Under the pieces are notes generated by a model. It was given only the letters and a program-made list of their open reading frames with translations, had not been told where the DNA came from and made no database searches. Shown piece by piece: positions 40,515 to 47,433 of a stretch of 64,000 nt of DNA. How positions within the stretch are numbered: position 1 is the stretch's first letter; each line of letters starts with the position of its first letter. The DNA is from Eubacteriales bacterium (GTDB lineage: Bacteria > Bacillota > Clostridia > Oscillospirales > CAG-272): assembly GCA_045120955.1 (NCBI GenBank), contig JBGVFH010000071.1, positions 23,631 to 87,630 of the forward strand. The letters are read 5' to 3'. A program made the translations under genes and the position numbers.

Positions 40515-41696
40515 GTGAACAGATCGTTGAAGATACTTTTGAATGTAACGGAATGTATAGCTTCCACTGTGATATATATATTTATTACAGCTTTTTTGTA
40601 CGCACTTAAACCTACAGAGGAGGCGGCATCAGATACATACCGCTTTAATATTTCACCGTATCTGAGCTTTTTGATAACGTTTTTTGCACTTTGTTCGCTT
40701 GTTCGTTTCTCATTTCTCTTTGACAAAGAAATGAAAGAAAAATTCGCCTCGGACGGTGACGGACTTTATACATACCGTGAGCATTTTCGTTTTTTGCTCG
40801 GTTTTGAAAAAACATGGATAGGACTTGTGTTTTCTGCTGTATTGTATTTGTGCTTGCCGCTTGAAATTTTGAGTATTCCGTTGTTTTACGGGACAGAACC
40901 AAGCATAGTTATCAAGCTCGCACTCTTTCCCCTTTATATGTGTATTGTCTTTGCCGTGCTGTTTTGGTCGTCTCGCTCTGCTGCACAATTCTGGTATGAT
41001 GATTCTCGGCGTATAAAAACAAAAAAATTTTATACCGCTTCCAACCGTATCCGTAAGACCGTTATGCTGATAATTTCATATTCTGTCGGCGGCGCATTGT
41101 TTGTGTATCTGGGGCACAGGGTTAGTCTCGCAGTAATGACAAATTCTTATTTGATATCAAGAAAAGCTATTTGGGCTGTGTTACTTTTCATAGTATTTAT
41201 AGTAGTTATTCCCGCACTTTACCGTCAGACAGGCTCTATACTGAAGCGAAAGAAATTTATAAAGAATTTGAAAAAAGTATGTGCGGAGCACCGTTGCTCG
41301 CTCTCAGAGATAAAGCGTCCGTACCGCTCGCTTTTTAAGCTGACTCACGGTTATGACTTCGACTTTGAACTAAACGGCACAAAATATGCGTGCAAGCTTC
41401 TGTACACCAAACACCGCCTGCGTCCGATCACTTTTTTTGAGAACGGAATGGCGGCACATGAAAACATCATAAAAGTAAAAAAGACAGAGCTGTTTCGAGT
41501 CAGATCGTGGTTTGAATACGGCTTTGATGCGGATGCGAAAAAGCTTTTGATAATCAATCCCATCCCCAAGACCGTGAACGTGAGCGAAAACGGAAAGACA
41601 GCCCTTATCGACAATGGCGACAGAGTAGGCGAATACAAGATCTACTCAGCTACTGCACTTGTCAACGCCATCGACAGAAATACACTCGAGAGATAA
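40515..41696 (+). CDS. hypothetical membrane protein, cassette ORF A (about 7 TM helices plus a soluble C-terminal domain of about 140 aa)
   Basis: 393-aa ORF with a GTG start and GAGGAG 9 nt upstream. Hydrophobic N-terminal two thirds. The C-terminus reads ...GYDFDFELNGTKYACKLLY...LLIINPIPKTVNVSENGKTALIDNGDRVGEYKIY... No family recognised. Confidence 0.7.
   Translation: MNRSLKILLNVTECIASTVIYIFITAFLYALKPTEEAASDTYRFNISPYLSFLITFFALCSLVRFSFLFDKEMKEKFASDGDGLYTYREHFRFLLGFEKTWIGLVFSAVLYLCLPLEILSIPLFYGTEPSIVIKLALFPLYMCIVFAVLFWSSRSAAQFWYDDSRRIKTKKFYTASNRIRKTVMLIISYSVGGALFVYLGHRVSLAVMTNSYLISRKAIWAVLLFIVFIVVIPALYRQTGSILKRKKFIKNLKKVCAEHRCSLSEIKRPYRSLFKLTHGYDFDFELNGTKYACKLLYTKHRLRPITFFENGMAAHENIIKVKKTELFRVRSWFEYGFDADAKKLLIINPIPKTVNVSENGKTALIDNGDRVGEYKIYSATALVNAIDRNTLER
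41545..41696 (+). repeat. direct repeat copy 1 (3' end of ORF A)
   Basis: Hand alignment to 42980-43131 gives 129/131 identical for the first 131 nt and 13/21 for the last 21 nt. The stop codons are aligned. Confidence 0.95.
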
Positions 41697-41715
41697 TGAC
41701 AGGAGACATGAGACA

Positions 41716-41984
41716 ATGAACGAAAAAAAGACGAAAGAGAAGTGCTGACATACGATTACGTCACGGCTTATTTGCGAAGAAAAGTAAAAGAAGAAATTGT
41801 CTCAGTAATAATTGCGTCTGTGGCGGCTGTGTTTTGCTTTGCTTTTACTTTTATTGTCGGGACTATCATTATATCGCGAGAACCTACTATCGTTTCGGTT
41901 TTTTATAGTATTTTGTTTATTGTTATACTCAGGATGTATTGCCTTATGCTATATAAAGCTATGGATACCTATCTGCAAAAATGA
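41716..41984 (+). pseudogene. small 2-TM protein, cassette ORF B, with the reading frame split at an A7 run
   Basis: AGGAG then ATG 41716 opens a 10-codon frame (MNEKKTKEKC*). The 80-codon 2-TM frame (41742-41984) has only a GTG with a weak SD and stays open back to 41712. The two frames are joined by -1 slippage, or by one extra A, at GAAAAAAAG (41722-41730). Confidence 0.4.
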
Positions 41985-42247
41985 TCATGAACCGTGACGG
42001 ATATTTTAAGGTTATAGAGGATACCGTAGTGCAAATAGGACCGAGCGAGCGCACAGGAAGATACAACCGGATATATCCGATATATTTTAAGGAAAACGGA
42101 AAAGCCATATGCAATACACAAAGATGGTATAAATATCTCTCTTAGGAAAGCAAGTGCATTCTTATTGTGTACGATAAAGATTACTATGCATTTAAATGTA
42201 ATATTGTAGCGGTGTATCCGTCGATTATGTACAGATACGAACAATAA
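41981..42247 (+). pseudogene. small soluble protein, cassette ORF C, interrupted by an in-frame TAG
   Basis: An ATGA overlap links it to ORF B. The sequence is 54 codons (MIMNRDGYFKVIEDTVVQIGPSERTGRYNRIYPIYFKENGKAICNTQRWYKYLS), then TAG (42143-42145), then 33 further open codons (ESKCILIVYDKDYYAFKCNIVAVYPSIMYRYEQ*). It was not in the ORF track because it falls below the length cut-off. Confidence 0.4.
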
Positions 42248-42258
42248 AGGAGAAGCTT

Positions 42259-42849
42259 ATGTCCGAGTACAGAATATCAAACTCAATGTACAAAAGAATC
42301 AAGGAGAGAAAAATCAGGCTCTACCTCTGGCTTGGAGTATGTGCAGTTATCGAGATCTTTATTATTCTCTTGTGTATATATTGCGGCAGAGACGGAATGA
42401 TTCTTTGCTGTCTGCTTGAGCCTGTATTTCTGTATCTTGTGTGGCGTTATCTCCGTCATAATATCAGAACCTTGTTTTTAAAGAATAAAACTGGTGTGCT
42501 CGAGAGGAAAATTTCCGATCGATGTGTCAACAGAAAGGGTGTTATCTCGGGTAACGCTTACGGTGGATGGAAAAGGGAAGTTGAGTATCTGCTAATTATA
42601 AGAACAGATAATAAAGAATACAGAATAGAGCTTCCCACAAAGGATTCATACCTTGCCTACAACGAGGGAGATGTGGTGCTATTTGCAGAATTTATGCCTT
42701 ATCCTATCGTTACGAGCAGGACTCCATCACTGGCTGTGTGCCCTCAGTGCGCATCCCTTCTTCACTACGAGGACGGCGCGTGTCACAGGTGCGGTCTTGA
42801 GGATATATATCCCGATTTTTGCAAAACTCCGAAATGGGAGAGAAAGTGA
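42259..42849 (+). CDS. hypothetical 2-TM protein with soluble beta-rich domain and C-terminal zinc ribbon, cassette ORF D
   Basis: 196 aa with SD AAAGGAG. Two TM helices, then ...EYLLIIRTDNKEYRIELPTKDSYLAYNEGDVVLF..., then CPQC-x12-CHRC. Confidence 0.7.
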   Translation: MSEYRISNSMYKRIKERKIRLYLWLGVCAVIEIFIILLCIYCGRDGMILCCLLEPVFLYLVWRYLRHNIRTLFLKNKTGVLERKISDRCVNRKGVISGNAYGGWKREVEYLLIIRTDNKEYRIELPTKDSYLAYNEGDVVLFAEFMPYPIVTSRTPSLAVCPQCASLLHYEDGACHRCGLEDIYPDFCKTPKWERK

Positions 42850-42858
42850 GGAAATAAA

Positions 42859-43131
42859 TTGAAATATCAAACAAGAGAACCCCTGGCGAGAAAGAACATT
42901 TACAATGAACTCGTACATGGATTTAATTTTGATATTGCGGGTGGTTGTATTACATCGATTGTTATCTCAGCTATGATGATTTTGATAATCAATCCCATCC
43001 CCAAGACCGTGAACGTGAGCGAAAATGGAAAGACAGCCCTTATCGACAATGGCGACAGAGTAGGCGAATACAAGATCTACTCAGCTACCGCACTTGTCAA
43101 CGCCATCGACCGCAACTGCCTCGACAGATAG
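42859..43131 (+). CDS. cassette ORF E: truncated, divergent copy of the C-terminal tail of ORF A
   Basis: 90 codons with a TTG start and GAGG 7 nt upstream. The last 49 codons are 47/49 identical to the end of ORF A. The N-terminal 41 codons are unrelated apart from HGFNFD vs YGFDAD. Confidence 0.5.
   Translation: MKYQTREPLARKNIYNELVHGFNFDIAGGCITSIVISAMMILIINPIPKTVNVSENGKTALIDNGDRVGEYKIYSATALVNAIDRNCLDR
42980..43131 (+). repeat. direct repeat copy 2 (3' end of ORF E)
   Basis: See copy 1. The offset between copies is 1435 bp. Confidence 0.95.
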
Positions 43132-43195
43132 TCGGTACAAGGCACAAAACGATGTCTGCCACATCTATCCCATTATTCATCAAAGGAGAAACACC

Positions 43196-43607
43196 ATGGT
43201 ATGTTCCAAATGTGGAAAAATCGTATCTGATGTAACCGTTTTTTGCCCGAGCTGCGGCGAGTCTATCGACCGTAAAGCGCAACACGATGGGCTTGTAGTA
43301 CATTCGGACGATTATTATCAAGTCAAAGACTACCAAAAAAGAGCAAAGTACGTTATGCTCTTTAATAATATCGTCATTTTTATGCGGCATGATATGGAGC
43401 TTGATATTCTCGCTTGGTGCAATATCAAAAGCGAATTCCGCAATAGAGCCTGAGATATCCGAGATGCGTCCGCCGTCTGAGAACGAGGAGATAGAAAAAG
43501 CAAGCTCAAAGATCAAAGCGGGAAAAATGATAGCTAAAATATCGGTCGGAGTCTTCATATTCAATTTCGTCTTAGGCATTGTTCTCGCTAAGCTGTTATA
43601 TCTCTGA
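43196..43607 (+). pseudogene. zinc-ribbon plus 2-TM protein, cassette ORF F, with the frame split near an A6 run
   Basis: AAAGGAG then ATG 43196 gives MVCSKCGKIVSDVTVFCPSCGE... This frame ends at 43453 in non-membrane-like sequence. The +1 frame is open from 43299 to 43607 and encodes two clean TM helices (LCSLIISSFLCGMIWSLIFSLGAI and ISVGVFIFNFVLGIVLAKLL). Removing one A from CCAAAAAAGAG (A run 43335-43340) fuses the two frames. Confidence 0.45.
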
Positions 43608-43762
43608 CAGTTACAGCAAATGTGATAGAAAAAGTAGAGGGCAAAGGTAAAGATATGCACCGATAGCGTATCCGCAATGACGCCTATCGAAGATGCTTTC
43701 AAACTCAGCTTCACCGATGGGTTGCTTTCACTGAGCATATTTCCAACAATTTTTTTGAAATT

Positions 43763-43812
43763 AAAAAAATGCGAGAGAAAGCTTTTTTAAAAAAGTTTTT
43801 TCTCGCATTTTT
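43763..43812. terminator. bidirectional intrinsic terminator closing the cassette
   Basis: About 17-bp stem ATGCGAGAGAAAGCTTT / AAAGTTTTTTCTCGCAT (two G-U pairs), with A7 upstream and T5 downstream. Confidence 0.75.
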
Positions 43813-43841
43813 GTTATCGAATAGGTAATTGAACGGATCCT

Positions 43842-43919
43842 CGCTCGCCGTTATGCACAGCTTCTGTAACAGAAAAACAACGGTAGGCGGGAGGATGGAG
43901 GCGGGCACTGCCCGCTTTG
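43842..43919 (+). repeat. two-hairpin GC-rich element, copy 1
   Basis: The core GGCGGGAGGATGGAGGCGGGCACTGCCCGCTTT (43886-43918) is 30/33 identical to 63247-63279. An upstream arm, CTCGCCGTT, pairs with AACGG..CGGG. The element ends 1 nt before the malQ stop codon. Confidence 0.6.
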
Positions 43920-45413
43920 TTATTTTTGGTCTTCAACCTTTGGCAGACGGCAGTATGTCTGTGTCAGCTTTTTCATAATTCCTGCCAACCAAAAATTGAT
44001 GCACTCGTCCTTTATTCTCCAGCACCAGTTTCCACCGAGCGTTGAGGGGGTATTCATGCGGGCGCTGTTGTCAAGTCCGAGCAGGTCCTGCATCTGCAGA
44101 ATGCAGGTGTCAGCCGTGCTTTGCATAACGGCTTTTATCATTCCCCAGCTGTAGCCCTCGACCTCGTTCAGCCTCAAATATTTTTTTGCGTACTCGACCT
44201 CTGAGTCAGCTGCATCGTTTATCCATCCCATGATAGTGTCGTTGTCGTGAGTACCTGTATAGACTACACAGTTTTTTTCGTAATTATGCGGCAGGTATTC
44301 GCTGTCTCCGCTTGAGTCAAAAGCGAACTGAAGCACCTTTATACCCGGAAAACCACAGTCACTCAGCAGTTTTCTTACCGACGGAGTGATAAAGCCGAGG
44401 TCCTCGGCGATGATCTCGGTTTCGCCGCAGCTTTGTTTGATAGCGTCAAACAGCTTTATACCGGGACCCGTAACCCATTTACCGTCCTTTGCGGTCTTGT
44501 TTTTGTAGGGTATCTGATAATATTCTGCAAAGCCGCGGAAATGGTCTATGCGAATAATGTCGAACATTCCCGTCATAGCCTTCATTCTTCTGCAAAACCA
44601 TTTATATCCGTCCTCTGACATTCTGTCCCAATCATATATGGGATTTCCCCATCTCTGTCCGTCCTCCGAAAAGCTGTCGGGGGGACAGCCTGCCACATGA
44701 GTAGGGCAAAGCTCCTCATCAAGCTTGAACAGTTGAGTGTTTGCCCATACATCTGCGCTGTCATACGCCGTGTATATCGGCATATCACCTATTATTTTGA
44801 TATTTTTGGCATTTACATATTTTTTGAGGTCACTCCATTGAGAAAAAAACAGATATTGCTGCATAAGGTACAGCGAAATGCTGTCCGAATGTTCCTCTTT
44901 GAAGCTTGCTAATGCTTGTGCATCTCTGTTTTTGTAGCATTGGGGCCACTCGTTCCATGCTTTTCCGCCGTGTGCGTCCTTGAGCGCCATGAAAAGCGCA
45001 TAATTGTCAAGCCATGCAGAATTTTTGGCGCAAAAGGCAGTAAACTCTGGGTTTGACTTATCAAAGCGTGAATAAGCAATATCGAAAATGCTTTTGCGGT
45101 TGTGATAGACCCAAGCATAGTCGACCTTTTCGATGTCTTGCGTGTATTTTGATTTTTTCAGCTCAAATTCTGTGAGCAGTCCCATTTCGCAGAGTATATC
45201 GAGATCTATAAAATACGGGTTTCCCGCAAAAACGGAAAAGGACTGATACGGCGAGTCTCCGAAGGAGGTCGGTGTTGTCGGCAGCATCTGCCACAGCGAC
45301 TGTCCTGCCTCGGAGAGAAAGTCCGCAAACCTGTATGCGGGCTTGCCCATGCTTCCTATTCCGTAGTCTGAGGGAAGGGATGATATATGCATTAAAATTC
45401 CGTTTTTTCTCAT
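43920..45413 (-). CDS. malQ: 4-alpha-glucanotransferase (amylomaltase, GH77)
   Basis: 497 aa beginning GILMHISSLPSDYGIGS, with conserved GH77 blocks (IGDMPIY, RIDHFRGF, IAEDLG, YTGTHDNDT). Confidence 0.95.
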   Translation of the reverse strand: MRKNGILMHISSLPSDYGIGSMGKPAYRFADFLSEAGQSLWQMLPTTPTSFGDSPYQSFSVFAGNPYFIDLDILCEMGLLTEFELKKSKYTQDIEKVDYAWVYHNRKSIFDIAYSRFDKSNPEFTAFCAKNSAWLDNYALFMALKDAHGGKAWNEWPQCYKNRDAQALASFKEEHSDSISLYLMQQYLFFSQWSDLKKYVNAKNIKIIGDMPIYTAYDSADVWANTQLFKLDEELCPTHVAGCPPDSFSEDGQRWGNPIYDWDRMSEDGYKWFCRRMKAMTGMFDIIRIDHFRGFAEYYQIPYKNKTAKDGKWVTGPGIKLFDAIKQSCGETEIIAEDLGFITPSVRKLLSDCGFPGIKVLQFAFDSSGDSEYLPHNYEKNCVVYTGTHDNDTIMGWINDAADSEVEYAKKYLRLNEVEGYSWGMIKAVMQSTADTCILQMQDLLGLDNSARMNTPSTLGGNWCWRIKDECINFWLAGIMKKLTQTYCRLPKVEDQK

Positions 45414-45482
45414 TGTCTTGTGTCTCCGGATAAGTGTGTTTGTGATATGAGTTTACGCTTCTTTTTTCATAAACATGATACT

Positions 45483-45511
45483 ATAATACCACTTTTTTTG
45501 CATAATTACAA
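45483..45511 (-). promoter_or_regulatory. candidate promoter of malQ
   Basis: The minus strand reads TTGTAA - 17 nt - TATTAT, with an extended -10 TG (TGgTATTAT). Confidence 0.45.
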
Positions 45512-45526
45512 TATTAAAATGCATAT

Positions 45527-46402
45527 TTATCCTTTTACTGCGCCTGCAACTATACCCTTTACAATGCTTTTTTGGCAGAACAGATAGAAAATAATGATAG
45601 GAATGATGCTTATTATTACCATTGACATCATAGCTCCGATATCCTTTAGTCCGTAGCCTGCGTTAAGGTATTGTATCTGTATCGGAATGGTTCTGTATTT
45701 GTTGAGATCCAGCACTCTGTACGGCAACAGATAATCGTTCCATATCCACATAAGCTCCAGGATGCTCACCGATACGACGGTCGGCTTCATTATCGGAAGG
45801 ACCACACTGAAAAAGGTGCGGATAGGTCCGCAGCCATCTATTGTTGCCGCTTCTTCTATCTCGAGCGGAATGCTCTTGACAAAACCCGAAAACATGAAAA
45901 CCGCAAGCCCTGCACCGAAGCCGAGGTATATGACGATGATACCGAGAGGGTTGCCAAGACCTAACCTGTTTGCAAGCTGAGGTAATGTATACATTACTGT
46001 CTGAAAGGGAACTACCATAGACACTATGCACAAAAGATAAAAGAATTTACTTGTCCTTGAGTTTCTGCGCGTGATATACCATGCGCACATAGAGGTGCAC
46101 AGCAGGATCACAAATGTAGACGCAACCGTGATAAAGACAGAATATAACACCGCACTGTAAAATGGGTAGTTGCCGCTTGCCATGCCGTTTACATAGTTTT
46201 CAAATCCCACAAAGCTCTCTCCGGTAGGAACTGAGAAAGGTGAGCGTGATATTTCATTGCGGCTTTTAAAGGAGTTTATGAGCACGACCGCAATAGGCAT
46301 GATATACACAACTGATATAACGGAGAAGAGAATTGTGAGCAGCGTATTTACATGCTTGTTTGTGCCCGGCTTTTGAGACGGGTTATGCTTTTCTTTGGTC
46401 AT
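45527..46402 (-). CDS. carbohydrate ABC transporter permease (MalG-like)
   Basis: 291 aa with 6 TM helices and the EAA loop IEEAATIDGCGPIRTFFSVVLP. Confidence 0.9.
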   Translation of the reverse strand: MTKEKHNPSQKPGTNKHVNTLLTILFSVISVVYIMPIAVVLINSFKSRNEISRSPFSVPTGESFVGFENYVNGMASGNYPFYSAVLYSVFITVASTFVILLCTSMCAWYITRRNSRTSKFFYLLCIVSMVVPFQTVMYTLPQLANRLGLGNPLGIIVIYLGFGAGLAVFMFSGFVKSIPLEIEEAATIDGCGPIRTFFSVVLPIMKPTVVSVSILELMWIWNDYLLPYRVLDLNKYRTIPIQIQYLNAGYGLKDIGAMMSMVIISIIPIIIFYLFCQKSIVKGIVAGAVKG

Positions 46403-47343
46403 TGCTGTATCTCCTTTTTCTTTGTAAGTCTCAACTGCACAAGAGAAATTATGACAACAAAAACAAAAAATATGATGGATTTTGCCTGAGCGGTACCGTT
46501 GGCTGAGAGATATGTCTCGTTGAACTGATCTACTATATTTCTTGCAATCGTGGAGGCGGTCTGTATGGTCTGACCGTTTTCGAGAACTACGCTCGGATTT
46601 GACGAGGTGATGAGTGCCGCATTTTGGTCATAGAGCTTAAATGAGTTTGTGAGTGTCAGAAATGTGCATATAGTAATAGAGGGACGCACTATCGGGATGG
46701 TGACCTTGAACAGGGTCCTTGCGGGAGAGGCACCGTCTATTTTTGCCGCTTCTATCAACGTTTCGGGTACACTTTGCAATCCTGCTATATATATTATCAT
46801 CATATACCCGATCTGCTGCCAGCACATAAGAATGATAAGTCCCCAGAAGGCGTTTTGAGTGTTAGAGGTTACGTTCATGCCGTAGTTTGCAAGTATTCCG
46901 TTTAATATGATCTGCCATATAAAGCCAAGAACGATACCGCCGATAAGATTTGGCATAAAAAACACGGTTCTGAAAATGTTTGTTCCCCTTATTGCTCTTG
47001 TCAGCACATACGCAACGGCGAATGCGATTATATTTATGAGAAGAACCGAAACCACGGTAAACAAAGCGGTAAAACCGAATGAATACCAAAATTGCGGGTC
47101 TGAGAAAGCTTTGACATAATTCTCAAAACCCACAAAGCGCAGCTTTTGTACTGTGCGGAATTCGAAAAAAGAAAGGTATATTCCCCATAAAAACGGAATG
47201 AGAAAACCTATGCAAAACGTAAGTGCCGTAGGAAGAAAGAAAATCGGAGAATATTTTGAGAGATGAGATTTGCTTTTCTGACGGCGGACTTTGCCGTTTG
47301 CGTGCTTAGTCTGCCTTTTATCCACAGAAGCATTGTTGTTCAT
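46399..47343 (-). CDS. carbohydrate ABC transporter permease (MalF-like)
   Basis: EAA loop LIEAAKIDGASPARTLFKVTIP. Start at ATG 47343 (MNNNASV...), preceded by AAGGAGG at 6-nt spacing. A 4-nt overlap joins it to the downstream permease gene. Confidence 0.9.
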   Translation of the reverse strand: MNNNASVDKRQTKHANGKVRRQKSKSHLSKYSPIFFLPTALTFCIGFLIPFLWGIYLSFFEFRTVQKLRFVGFENYVKAFSDPQFWYSFGFTALFTVVSVLLINIIAFAVAYVLTRAIRGTNIFRTVFFMPNLIGGIVLGFIWQIILNGILANYGMNVTSNTQNAFWGLIILMCWQQIGYMMIIYIAGLQSVPETLIEAAKIDGASPARTLFKVTIPIVRPSITICTFLTLTNSFKLYDQNAALITSSNPSVVLENGQTIQTASTIARNIVDQFNETYLSANGTAQAKSIIFFVFVVIISLVQLRLTKKKEIQQ

Positions 47344-47433
47344 GCAGTACCTCCTTGTTGTTTTTTGCACGACTCTGTTTTAAAGCTGTATATGCAACCG
47401 AAAGAGTTTGCTCTTTCGGTTGCATACGGATAT

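Noticed and set aside
42143-42145. In-frame TAG in ORF C read as pyrrolysine
   Set aside because: No pyl genes are seen in the window. TAG is used as an ordinary stop by ORF E (43129-43131). The aligned residue in the paralogue is Tyr, consistent with a simple TAY to TAG mutation.
41969-42244. 91-aa minus-strand ORF between cassette ORFs B and D
   Set aside because: The plus-strand ORF C is the better explanation. It has an ATGA coupling to B, shows paralogy to ORF D and is followed by the D SD. The minus-strand ORF is its shadow.
43097-43738. 213-aa minus-strand ORF spanning the ORF F region
   Set aside because: The plus strand carries an SD-preceded zinc-ribbon start and two clean TM helices, and it fits the same-strand cassette. 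The minus-strand translation has no recognisable features and would run into the cassette terminator region.
40515-43920. The accessory cassette read as a prophage remnant, transposon or integrative element
   Set aside because: No integrase, transposase, recombinase or phage structural gene is present, and no terminal inverted repeats were seen. The only repeat is the 152-bp direct duplication of a gene end, which is reported as a finding rather than called a mobile element.
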